Below, one piece after another: positions 47,391 through 58,112 of a DNA stretch of 64,000 nt (position 1 is the stretch's first letter; each line of letters opens with the position of its first letter). The stretch spans positions 20,954 through 84,953 of the forward strand of contig JAOZFN010000012.1 of NCBI GenBank assembly GCA_027492205.1, given 5' to 3'. Origin of the DNA: Thermoproteota archaeon (GTDB taxonomy: Archaea > Korarchaeota > Korarchaeia > Korarchaeales > Korarchaeaceae). Under the pieces are notes generated by a model. The model saw only the letters and a program-made list of their open reading frames with translations, did not search any database and was not told the DNA's origin. A program made the translations under genes and the position numbers.

Positions 47391-48182
47391 ATGGGGCCGA
47401 TCCCCGTGAGGAGGCTCGCCGGGGCGCTGACCCTCCTGGCCGTAGCGCTGGCCCTGCCGTCGGGCTGGGAGGTTCGGGGGCCACTCGAGGGCCTGGCGCG
47501 CCTGGTCGGTGCCCTGATCACGTCAAGCCCGTTGGTGCTGGGGGCCTGCGTCCACAGGTCCCTCCCAGAGAGGCACGACGGGCCCGACGACCTCGGCGGC
47601 CTGATTACGGAGGGGCCCTACTCGGTCGTCAGGCATCCGTTCTACCTCACCATGATCTTGGCCGGGCTGGGGGCGGCCGTCTACTCGCTATCGACCGGCA
47701 TCCTGCTGTTGGCGCTGACCTCAGGGCTCCTCTGGTCGCTGGCCGCCGCCCTGGAGGAGCGAGGACTCAGGAGGCGGCGGCCGGGTGAGTACGAGGAGTA
47801 CTCGCGCCGCGTGCCCATGCTGATCCCCTCCCGCGGCGCCGGGGGGCCGGGAGGAACTCCGACTCCCGGGGTTAGGAGAGAGGTCCCCCGAGTCGCCTAC
47901 CATCTAAGGGGGCGTCGGACTGTGGGGGCCGACTCGATGGGTCCGTGTATTGGAGGGGTGTGGGTGCGGCCCCGGGTAGGTCCGGGGGAGAGTCGGGCTC
48001 AGGACATCCCAAGCCTGGCCTTGATGAGGGCGAGGTCCTCCTCTATCTTTCTGAGCCTCTCATCCAAGAGAGACTTCAGGTCCAGCCTCAGCCGATCGAA
48101 GCCCTCCTTGATCTCCTTCTTCAGCTCCTCCTTCGCCGACCGAACCTCGGTGACGAGGAGGTCCTGCTTGCCCAGCACCTGA
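47391..48182 (+). CDS. ICMT/PEMT family membrane methyltransferase (tail beyond about 47850 probably read-through)
   Basis: LITEGPYSVVRHPFY, EERGL...EYEEYSRRVP. Confidence 0.7.
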   Translation: MGPIPVRRLAGALTLLAVALALPSGWEVRGPLEGLARLVGALITSSPLVLGACVHRSLPERHDGPDDLGGLITEGPYSVVRHPFYLTMILAGLGAAVYSLSTGILLLALTSGLLWSLAAALEERGLRRRRPGEYEEYSRRVPMLIPSRGAGGPGGTPTPGVRREVPRVAYHLRGRRTVGADSMGPCIGGVWVRPRVGPGESRAQDIPSLALMRARSSSIFLSLSSKRDFRSSLSRSKPSLISFFSSSFADRTSVTRRSCLPST

Positions 48183-48622
48183 TCCATCTTGCCGAGCATT
48201 GAATCCTGCTTCTCCAGCATGAGGTCCTGCTTCTCGAGCATGAGGTCCTGCTTCTCCAGCATCAGGTCCTGCTTGCCAAGGAGCTGATCCTGCTTCTCCA
48301 GCATCTGCACCCCGGCCTGCACTATCTTGACGAGCTGCTCCAGGCTGAAGACCCTGTAGAACGACTCTACGTCGGGCACAGGGCCGGGGTGCTCGGCCAC
48401 CTCGACGGACTGCACCTCTGCAACGGGGGGCCTCTCCTCCATAGCCATCCCAACGAACTCCTCCAACGCCGCCTCAGGCCCGTCCGCCAGAACCTCGAGG
48501 GCCCCGTTGAGGTTCCTGGCGTAGAACCCGGTGAGACCGAGCGCGGTGGCGCGCTGGAAGAGGAAGAGCCTGTAGCCAACCTCGGTGACCCTCGGCCCCC
48601 TGATCAGCAGCCGCCTGGCCAT
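47999..48622 (-). CDS. Acylphosphatase-domain protein with heptad-repeat coiled coil
   Basis: GPRVTEVGYR, GFYARNL, VLADG; (MLEKQDL)n. Confidence 0.75.
   Translation of the reverse strand: MARRLLIRGPRVTEVGYRLFLFQRATALGLTGFYARNLNGALEVLADGPEAALEEFVGMAMEERPPVAEVQSVEVAEHPGPVPDVESFYRVFSLEQLVKIVQAGVQMLEKQDQLLGKQDLMLEKQDLMLEKQDLMLEKQDSMLGKMDQVLGKQDLLVTEVRSAKEELKKEIKEGFDRLRLDLKSLLDERLRKIEEDLALIKARLGMS
48158..48304 (-). repeat. About 7 tandem 21-nt coding repeats (KQDLMLE)
   Basis: Imperfect repeats such as AGGTCCTGCTTCTCCAGCATG. Confidence 0.8.
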
Positions 48623-48879
48623 TCACGGTAACCCCATCCCGAGCGCTATTAAGCGTGGTGAGACGGGAAGCTTTCTCCGACCCCCGGGGACTCGACGATG
48701 GACTGACCAAGGCGCGGCCGGGGGGCCCTGGAGGGCGGGGCAGACAGAACCCGAGGCGGGGGACGAGGTCCTGAACTCCGCACAGGCGGCGAGCGGGGAG
48801 GGGTCGGCACCCCGTGAGGGAGCTGGCGGCCGGCGGGTCGAGAGGGTGGGGTCGCCGGGGGGCACCCCGGCCCTATGCG

Positions 48880-49497
48880 CCCCGCCCCCCTGAGAGAGGC
48901 CTCCATGAGCTCCTCAGCCAGCTCGACGCACCTCTCTGCCGTCTCCCGATCGGTCACGTGCCTAGAGTAGTCGGCCCTCTTCCTGGCCCCGTACAGCTCG
49001 AGCAGACCGGCGGCCTCTGCCTCCAACCCGAGGTTGGCCACGGCGTTGGCCAGCTTGTCGTCCCTCCTCGGCACCCCCCTCTGGCCGGTCGAGACGACGA
49101 AGGAGTTCCGCGGCCATCCTGGCCGACATGTAGGCGGCGCTGGCGGCCTTGTCGTAGCACCCGACCTCCAGGTCGATCCTAGCCTGGATCAGCAGGTGTC
49201 TGGCCTTTTAGAAGCTCAACCTCGCCCTCCTCCACGGTCATGGGGCTTAGCCCCTCGACTCCGAGCCTCCTCTGGACGTCCAGGGCGGCCCGGGCGACCA
49301 GCCTGAGGGCCTCGGCGTCCACCCCGTCCACGAAGACGAAGACGTTGCTGTCTTACGGCAGGTCGTCGGGCGAGCTCCTGGCGGCGACCCTCCTGAGCCT
49401 CCGCCGAGCCTCCTCTGGAGCTCCGCCTGGGACTCCCTGACCAGCTCGAGCCAGGGGGGCTCTCGGCGGTGAGGTCCACTAGGTACGACACTCCCAC
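48880..49497 (-). pseudogene. Decayed MNT-like/HEPN toxin-antitoxin locus
   Basis: MNT-like PDDLP*DSNVFVFVD with in-frame stop; HEPN YDKAASAAY...RKRADY...AE.CVELAEE broken by two frameshifts. Confidence 0.65.
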
Positions 49498-49679
49498 ATG
49501 CCCAGGCGCCCGGGGGCCCTAAGAAGGCCCTCGCGCCGGCATCCGAGGCGCGGCCGTCCGGCGCCCGATCCCGGGGGGCTGTAGAGGTCGCGGCCACGCG
49601 CTGCCGGACGGCCAGACCCGCGGCCTGATCTCAGAAAGCCTTTAAGTCTGGGAATTTTCCGAATTCTGGGTGAACGTCA

Positions 49680-49925
49680 ACGTCTGAGGTCAGGGTCAGG
49701 ATCACCAAGAAGTTCACCCTGTACATCCCCAGGTCGATAGCCAGGGCCGCGGGCCTCAGGGAGGGGGACTACGTGAAGATGAGGGTCGATGGCTCCAAGG
49801 TAATCTTGGAGCGGGTGCCCGATCCATTCGAGCTGGCCCTGAGGGGGCCCAAGTTCGCCAGGGTCACGTTTGAGGAATTCGAGAGGGAGTCCGAGGAGAT
49901 GCAGGATGCGCTCTTCGGCGATTAG
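49680..49925 (+). CDS. AbrB/MazE-type antitoxin (VapB) with ACG in place of ATG
   Basis: (T)SEVRVRITKKFTLYIPRSIARAAGLREGDYVKMRVDG; SD GGGTGA 6 nt upstream; not in ORF track. Confidence 0.7.
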   Translation, partial: TSEVRVRITKKFTLYIPRSIARAAGLREGDYVKMRVDGSKVILERVPDPFELALRGPKFARVTFEEFERESEEMQDALFGD

Positions 49926-50364
49926 AATACTCCTGGACTCGACCTACCTGCTGCCCATCCTGGGAGTCGACGTGGAGGGCGTCGACGAGGCTCTGAGGGT
50001 GCTGAAAAGGCTCAGATCCAGTGGGAGGGCGGAGTTCTATTACACGGAGTTCAACCTGATCGAGATTCTGGGAAAGATAGGCAGGACCGGCTACGACCGG
50101 GGCAGGGTGCTCGCGGGCCTCAACTCCATCGAGGAGGAGTTCAGGCTCACCCGCCCAACGGTCGAGGGGTACCTGAGGGCCCTGGCCCTCAGGAGGGTCG
50201 GCTTCAGGGATCTCGTAGACCTGCTCCTCTACGCCACATCCCTGACGAGGGACCTCCTGTTCCTGACGAGGGACGACCACCTGATCGAGTTTCTAGAGGG
50301 GCGGGGCGAGGACACCCGGAGGGTGCTTCACGAGAGGTCCCTGATAGAGGAGTACGGGAGATAG
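49906..50364 (+). CDS. PIN-domain toxin (VapC-like)
   Basis: ILLDSTYLLP, E, D..D, LTRD; overlaps the antitoxin. Confidence 0.85.
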   Translation: MRSSAIRILLDSTYLLPILGVDVEGVDEALRVLKRLRSSGRAEFYYTEFNLIEILGKIGRTGYDRGRVLAGLNSIEEEFRLTRPTVEGYLRALALRRVGFRDLVDLLLYATSLTRDLLFLTRDDHLIEFLEGRGEDTRRVLHERSLIEEYGR

Positions 50365-50436
50365 TAGGCCCCTGGAGCGGAGTGCCACTGAGGGGCATCA
50401 AGCCCGTCGCCGTCACGTGCTGATCCCCGGATGTCC

Positions 50437-50549
50437 TCCTCAACCCTGCCGCAAGAGGCGGCCAATCTGCTTTGAGACCCACAAACTTTTGCGGGCTATT
50501 CAGGAGAATCCTCTTTCAACCCTGCCGCAGGAGGCGGCAAATCTGCTTC
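50437..50549 (-). CRISPR. Two trailer-end repeats of a different 37-nt repeat variant
   Basis: CTTTCAACCCTGCCGCAGGAGGCGGCAAATCTGCTTC (50513-50549) and a degenerate copy (50437-50473), in register with array 1. Confidence 0.8.
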
Positions 50550-50587
50550 AGAGTGACAAACAACGGAGGCCTGGTCTGCGTTACGGT

Positions 50588-53500
50588 CTTTCAATCTCTG
50601 CCCTTGGAGGGCTCTGATTGCTTCGGGCCGTAGCGGGCTCCTGGCACCTCCCTGACCTCCCCCTCGCTTTCAATCTCTGCCCTTGGAGGGCTCTGATTGC
50701 TTCGTGATGAAGATTGGTGTTCGGTACGCCTGGTTCTCCCCCTCACCGGCTTTCAATCTCTGCCCTTGGAGGGCTCTGATTGCTTCGCAGCTCGAGGCCG
50801 TGCTCGGCAGGCCGATCCCGCGCCCCAGGCTTTCAATCTCTGCCCTTGGAGGGCTCTGATTGCTTCGCAGCTCGAGGCCGTGCTCGGCAGGCCGATCCCG
50901 CGCCCCAGGCTTTCAATCTCTGCCCTTGGAGGGCTCTGATTGCTTCGGTCTGGCGCGGGGGATACAGGAGGCAATCAGGAGGTTGGACTTTCAATCTCTG
51001 CCCTTGGAGGGCTCTGATTGCTTCGAGGCAGGCGCGCATGCTCAGGGCGGAGGGGCTCGAGCCCAGGGGCTCTTTCAATCTCTGCCCTTGGAGGGCTCTG
51101 ATTGCTTCGTAAGGAGTCTCTGACCTAACTCTGATGTATTTGACACGTATCTTTCAATCTCTGCCCTTGGAGGGCTCTGATTGCTTCGACACGGCGATAG
51201 TCACACAGGATGAGTTCGTCTTTGACCTCGACGACTTTCAATCTCTGCCCTTGGAGGGCTCTGATTGCTTCGGGTGGGTCCGGGTCCACCCCCCCGCCCC
51301 AGCCGACGGCGCCGCCCCTTTCAATCTCTGCCCTTGGAGGGCTCTGATTGCTTCCGTCTTCGGGTCCACCCCAGCCTCCTCGCACCGCTGGATGAACCAG
51401 CCTTTCAATCTCTGCCCTTGGAGGGCTCTGATTGCTTCCACCGACCTGCTGAGTGAGGGGCGGCCTCCCCTCAAGGCGCAGGGGCTTTCAATCTCTGCCC
51501 TTGGAGGGCTCTGATTGCTTCTCGATGATCAACGCCTTCCTTCCATCTATGCTGACTATCCTTTCAATCTCTGCCCTTGGAGGGCTCTGATTGCTTCCAG
51601 GGGACGGCCATGTGGAGCGCCGCCGTGACCGTCAGCCTCCTCCCTTTCAATCTCTGCCCTTGGAGGGCTCTGATTGCTTCCACCTTGACGGTCACCCGCC
51701 TCGGCCACTCCCCGCCCCACTCGCTTTCAATCTCTGCCCTTGGAGGGCTCTGATTGCTTCATAGACGAGCACACGGACCACGCGAACCGCACGACGACGG
51801 ACTCAGACTTTCAATCTCTGCCCTTGGAGGGCTCTGATTGCTTCGTGATGTCGCTCGGCAGGTCCACGTAGAGGGCGAACCTGCCCAGCATCTCCCTTTC
51901 AATCTCTGCCCTTGGAGGGCTCTGATTGCTTCTGGGAGGAGTTCGACCCCCGCCCTCCTTAGCTCAGTAGTCTCGAAGGCGCTTTCAATCTCTGCCCTTG
52001 GAGGGCTCTGATTGCTTCTGAGCAGATCAGCCTCGGCGTACAGCCCACCTATCCCAGTCCTTTCAATCTCTGCCCTTGGAGGGCTCTGATTGCTTCGCCT
52101 ACTACCCCATCGTTCTCTCTTATCAACCGCAGCACTTTCAATCTCTGCCCTTGGAGGGCTCTGATTGCTTCTACAAGTTCTTCGGGATTAGGATAGACGT
52201 ATCAACGCCCGTTCCTTTCAATCTCTGCCCTTGGAGGGCTCTGATTGCTTCGCCTACTACCCCATCGTTCTCTCTTATCAACCGCAGCACTTTCAATCTC
52301 TGCCCTTGGAGGGCTCTGATTGCTTCGTCCTCTACGACAGCTGGAAGGAGCGGTACGGTTGGCCCGGGAACAGCTTTCAATCTCTGCCCTTGGAGGGCTC
52401 TGATTGCTTCTTTCGTCACGGGAGGTTGACGGAAGTGGACCCGTACAGGTCGGCCCTTAACCTTTCAATCTCTGCCCTTGGAGGGCTCTGATTGCTTCGT
52501 ATCCAGACGAACGCCGCGCCCCGCTTCGGCGGTCTTTCAATCTCTGCCCTTGGAGGGCTCTGATTGCTTCGAGAGACCACTTGGAGAGGTTCGTTCATCG
52601 CCACAGAGATGAGTCTTTCAATCTCTGCCCTTGGAGGGCTCTGATTGCTTCATGCTCCGTATCAAGTCTACTGCACATCTTCTGCAGGTCTTTCAATCTC
52701 TGCCCTTGGAGGGCTCTGATTGCTTCTCCACGGAGCTCGGCCCCTACCCCATGTCCTACAACTCCTCCACCTTTCAATCTCTGCCCTTGGAGGGCTCTGA
52801 TTGCTTCTCGATGAGTGGGGCGCCTCCTCGTCCGTCGCGACCTCAGCTTTCAATCTCTGCCCTTGGAGGGCTCTGATTGCTTCAATTGGGCGCGGCAATT
52901 CCTGCAAATGCAACCGCCACTCCGTCTTTCAATCTCTGCCCTTGGAGGGCTCTGATTGCTTCATCGTGCAGGGACACTTGGTCCTCTGGCCCGTCGGCGC
53001 TTGGCCGCTTTCAATCTCTGCCCTTGGAGGGCTCTGATTGCTTCATGTGCAGAGGCCAGACGTGCTCAGCGCTGCCTACAAGCTCGTCTTTCAATCTCTG
53101 CCCTTGGAGGGCTCTGATTGCTTCGCTGGACCTCCTCCCCGTCGACTGGCTCCCGCCGGAGGTCTCCTTTCAATCTCTGCCCTTGGAGGGCTCTGATTGC
53201 TTCTCGTAGTCGGTGAATATCATGTAATCCCAGCCCTCTTCGTACTTTCAATCTCTGCCCTTGGAGGGCTCTGATTGCTTCCTTGGGTCTCTTGATGTTC
53301 CTCGTTATAGTGGGCGGCGGCACAAAGACTTTCAATCTCTGCCCTTGGAGGGCTCTGATTGCTTCGTTCCAGTGTATGATAACCCCCTCATCCTCTTGGC
53401 TCGACTTTCAATCTCTGCCCTTGGAGGGCTCTGATTGCTTCTCTGGGTCGCCTCGATGGCCTCGGCCTTGCTCGCCGCTACTTTCAATCTCTGCCCTTGG

Positions 53501-56500
53501 AGGGCTCTGATTGCTTCTGGCCTGGTTGCCTCGATAGTCGTCATGAAGAGGTTCCTTTCAATCTCTGCCCTTGGAGGGCTCTGATTGCTTCTTTGGTGGC
53601 CTGAGGTCGTGACCGTCAGGCCCCAGAAGCGACCCTTTCAATCTCTGCCCTTGGAGGGCTCTGATTGCTTCGCGGCACAATCGTCCAGTACGGCGACGAA
53701 GTATTACTTTCAATCTCTGCCCTTGGAGGGCTCTGATTGCTTCGACGAGGAAAACCCACGCCCTGACGAGCGCGCCTCTGGTGACGTTTGCGCTTTCAAT
53801 CTCTGCCCTTGGAGGGCTCTGATTGCTTCTTCGAAGATGGGGGGCAAGAAACGGAATGGAGATTAACGTAATCACTTTCAATCTCTGCCCTTGGAGGGCT
53901 CTGATTGCTTCCGGAGGAAGAGTGGGAGCAAGAAGGGGAAGGGGGGAGGTGACTTTCAATCTCTGCCCTTGGAGGGCTCTGATTGCTTCGCCCGAGCCCG
54001 CCGCTCACGATCCCACCTCCCCCGCGCCTTTCAATCTCTGCCCTTGGAGGGCTCTGATTGCTTCGAACCTCATCGCCGCGTGGTTGAGGTCGCGCGGCGT
54101 GTCCTTTCAATCTCTGCCCTTGGAGGGCTCTGATTGCTTCGGCGCGGCATGAAACTCGCCGTCCGCACGACCGGCAATTCGGCGAACCTTTCAATCTCTG
54201 CCCTTGGAGGGCTCTGATTGCTTCACTATGCACGATCGGTGGAGGGAAATTGGGAAAGAATACGAATTCACTTTCAATCTCTGCCCTTGGAGGGCTCTGA
54301 TTGCTTCGCTAAGGGCGAGATACTAGCTGGAGATGCCCAGCTCCGGGATGGCGCTTTCAATCTCTGCCCTTGGAGGGCTCTGATTGCTTCGACTTCGGGA
54401 TCTTGATCCTCTCCAGCCTAGATGGGATGAACCTCTTTCAATCTCTGCCCTTGGAGGGCTCTGATTGCTTCGAGAACCTCTCCGCCTCCCTTATGTCCGT
54501 CCACGCCCTGACGGGACTTTCAATCTCTGCCCTTGGAGGGCTCTGATTGCTTCGAGTTAGGTGCGGGGCGCCCAATCGACGCATTTCAATTCCGCCCACT
54601 TTCAATCTCTGCCCTTGGAGGGCTCTGATTGCTTCCGCGGCGGTGAAGGGGGCAGTATACCTATCGAAGTCAGGTAGAGATTCTTTCAATCTCTGCCCTT
54701 GGAGGGCTCTGATTGCTTCGAGGTCAGGTACACCCCCTGGCCCGGCGGCGGCGAGAGCCTTTCAATCTCTGCCCTTGGAGGGCTCTGATTGCTTCGAGCT
54801 CCGGCGCCTCAGGCGCCAGGCGCTCGAGCTGCGCGCTCACTTTCAATCTCTGCCCTTGGAGGGCTCTGATTGCTTCAACAGACTGCGCGAGATCAAGAAC
54901 AGCGTCATCGACATGAAGACTTTCAATCTCTGCCCTTGGAGGGCTCTGATTGCTTCCTGGAGCGGCTCAGCAAGACCAAGCTGACCCCGAGGGCCGTCAC
55001 TTTCAATCTCTGCCCTTGGAGGGCTCTGATTGCTTCCCCAGAGAGCACCCTCTTCCTGTACTCGACGCGGGTGTGGACTTTCAATCTCTGCCCTTGGAGG
55101 GCTCTGATTGCTTCGTCGAGGATCTCAGGGCGCAAGTCGAGGGCATGGCTAAGGTCATCTTTCAATCTCTGCCCTTGGAGGGCTCTGATTGCTTCGAGCT
55201 CGCCAACAAGAACATCCACCTGAGCGACAGGACGAAGGCCAGTCATCTTTCAATCTCTGCCCTTGGAGGGCTCTGATTGCTTCAGTATTCCCCGTTAGCA
55301 TCCTTGATCTCTCTGACTCCCCACTTTCAATCTCTGCCCTTGGAGGGCTCTGATTGCTTCTTGGGGCGGCTCGCACCTCCACATGCACGTCCTGTAGATC
55401 GCGCACCTCTGCCTTTCAATCTCTGCCCTTGGAGGGCTCTGATTGCTTCGTACCAGATCTTGCCGGCGGCCAGGGGCGGGTCCGATGTCAGGCCCTTTCA
55501 ATCTCTGCCCTTGGAGGGCTCTGATTGCTTCAAGATAGCGAGCGAGAGGAGCGACCCCTATTTCCTCGGAAGGGCTTTCAATCTCTGCCCTTGGAGGGCT
55601 CTGATTGCTTCTAGGTGCCGGCGGTCTGCTGAAGCGTTACCTTGATGCCGTAGTAGGCTTTCAATCTCTGCCCTTGGAGGGCTCTGATTGCTTCGAGTTT
55701 CTCCAGCCAGTCGCGCACCTCCTCCGCCTTGTGCTGCCTACTTTCAATCTCTGCCCTTGGAGGGCTCTGATTGCTTCGCGCGGTAGCACCCGGCGGCCGC
55801 ATAACGTCGTTGACAACCACATGTTTCTTTCAATCTCTGCCCTTGGAGGGCTCTGATTGCTTCGACAAGAGAACCGGCAGGAAGGTTCCCGCGGACCTCT
55901 ACCTGCAGCCTTTCAATCTCTGCCCTTGGAGGGCTCTGATTGCTTCGGAGATCGTCATAACCGAACAAAGCGGACAGGATCTACCCGAACTTTCAATCTC
56001 TGCCCTTGGAGGGCTCTGATTGCTTCGTTATCAAGGCCCGGCCGCGGAATGCGCGGCGGGCCGGGAGGCCACTTTCAATCTCTGCCCTTGGAGGGCTCTG
56101 ATTGCTTCAAGGTGTCGAGGAACCTTAAGGGTGTAGGTGTAGTCAAGAGAGAGTGTCTTTCAATCTCTGCCCTTGGAGGGCTCTGATTGCTTCGGAGGAG
56201 GGTTCAGGTCAGGGGTTGTGGCACCACAGGTTGACCCTCTTTCAATCTCTGCCCTTGGAGGGCTCTGATTGCTTCGGGTTGTTCGCGTGAGAATAGCACA
56301 CGCCGTATTGACCAGTCTCTTTCAATCTCTGCCCTTGGAGGGCTCTGATTGCTTCGGGAGGTGTGAAGGATGAATTGGACCATTGAAGTTTGGGGTAGCC
56401 TTTCAATCTCTGCCCTTGGAGGGCTCTGATTGCTTCAACTCTCTATCCGGTATTTGTTGTGCCCGGACCGATTTTTCTTTCAATCTCTGCCCTTGGAGGG

Positions 56501-56837
56501 CTCTGATTGCTTCGAGGACAAATGCCATCATGGGGTCTATGTCAACCTCTGGTCCGTCCGTCTTTCAATCTCTGCCCTTGGAGGGCTCTGATTGCTTCAA
56601 CTTACGAAGATTTCAGGCCATTTCTCAGTTTCTTTATCGATCTTCTTTCAATCTCTGCCCTTGGAGGGCTCTGATTGCTTCACCCACCCCATTATTTTTT
56701 GCCCCCGAAAGGGCGTGCTTTCAATCTCTGCCCTTGGAGGGCTCTGATTGCTTCGAAGAGGTAGGTCCTCCTCAGAATCCTCCCCTTCCTACCCCTCCTG
56801 CTTTCAATCTCTGCCCTTGGAGGGCTCTGATTGCTTC
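50588..56837 (-). CRISPR. CRISPR array 1: about 78 repeats of 37 nt (GAAGCAATCAGAGCCCTCCAAGGGCAGAGATTGAAAG), spacers about 35-51 nt
   Basis: Identical repeats counted by eye; 3' ATTGAAAG handle and leader position indicate minus-strand transcription. Confidence 0.98.
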
Positions 56838-56989
56838 CCCCCCATCTATCTGGGCTGGGGGGCACATCGGGGTTACCCCGCCGCCCGATTCCGGGCGCGC
56901 TGCGCTGATCGACGACTCCGGCGCCGCCTTATAAAGATCAGCGCTCCACCGGCGCCTCCCCACTATGGGTTCTTTTCGTGATAGCTACT
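56838..56989 (-). promoter_or_regulatory. CRISPR leader of array 1
   Basis: Non-coding; minus-strand TTTATAA box at about 56929-56935; degenerate repeats lie at the opposite end. Confidence 0.65.
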
Positions 56990-57826
56990 TCACGTATACT
57001 TCCTGATACTCCTGACTCTCTTTGCTTTCTTTCTCCAAAACGATACCTTTACCACGCCGAATCCTACGGTGGTTCTCCTCCCGACCCCGCTGAACTCGGC
57101 GAACCTCAGTAGGGCGGAGACCACCCTACCGTGAAAGGCCGTCAGAGGACGCAGAGAGTAGCTGAGGACTCCGGTGTAGCCGACCCTCACGACGGGCTCC
57201 GTGCCGTACCATATCCTCACGGCCCCGCTCTCGAGCCACGATGGTGATGTGGGCTGTGCCAGCCGCACGCCCCCCAGCTGGGGCTCGCCGAGCCTCAGGT
57301 GATCTGGTGCGTTGGCGTTCCAGGCCGCGATCGGCCTCTGGAGGACCTCCCAGAGGGGAGGTGGGAACGCCTCCCCGTCGAGGATCGTCTGAGTCATCAG
57401 CCTGAGCCTGACCCCCGGGGCGACGGGGCTCTTGGTCAGCAGGTCCCCGTAGCTCACCCTGCCCACCTTGACCTCCGCCACCTCCACCGGGACCCCGTTA
57501 ATCTTGAGGTGGGAGTTGAACAGCCCCCTTACGTAGGGGTCCACGAACTCGTCTCGGAGGAGCTTCACCGTGAGGCGCACGTGGTCTCCGGGTGGGACTG
57601 TAGCCGTCACACCTCTCACGTACTTCGCGGCCGTGGTCATCCTGCTCACAGAGTACGGTGTGCCGAGCTTCAGTATTCTGGAGAGACTATGCAGCTCCGA
57701 GGCCAGGGACGGGTCTGCCACCTTGAGGGCCGAGAACAGGGTGAACTGGGCGATCCTACCTGAAGAGGGAACCTCGTAGATCAGGGTCGTGGAGGGGTAC
57801 AGGTATGCCGTGACGATCGCGGGCAA
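56990..57826 (-). CDS. cas6: CRISPR-associated endoribonuclease Cas6
   Basis: SELH...PYSVS; C-terminal FSGVGRRTTVGFGVV Gly-rich loop; adjacent to array. Confidence 0.88.
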   Translation of the reverse strand: MPAIVTAYLYPSTTLIYEVPSSGRIAQFTLFSALKVADPSLASELHSLSRILKLGTPYSVSRMTTAAKYVRGVTATVPPGDHVRLTVKLLRDEFVDPYVRGLFNSHLKINGVPVEVAEVKVGRVSYGDLLTKSPVAPGVRLRLMTQTILDGEAFPPPLWEVLQRPIAAWNANAPDHLRLGEPQLGGVRLAQPTSPSWLESGAVRIWYGTEPVVRVGYTGVLSYSLRPLTAFHGRVVSALLRFAEFSGVGRRTTVGFGVVKVSFWRKKAKRVRSIRKYT

Positions 57827-58112
57827 TGGAACTCACCACTTCTGATTGCGCCGATCCCCAAGTCTTGCCGAGGCTTGTAAGAGATAACTTTTCCGCCGGC
57901 GGCGTCGCGTTGATCGTGCAAATCGACCGGAGGTGTTGCGTACTCCGCGAAGCAGCCTAGGCAAGAGGCGCCTCGGAGCGGACCCTTGCTTCCCTGAGGG
58001 CCGAAAACGCGATCTGCCACGGGCTGGATGAGGGACGAGCGCCTCTGGCCGATAGGCCCGATTAGTCTTCTCTGACTTTCCCGTCTGTTCCTAGTCTCTG
58101 GGTCAACCCTTA

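Noticed and set aside
50417-56981. Dozens of short ORFs with repeated FQSLPLEGSDCF / FNLCPWRALIAS / EAIRALQGQRLK
   Set aside because: These are translations of the CRISPR repeat, not proteins.
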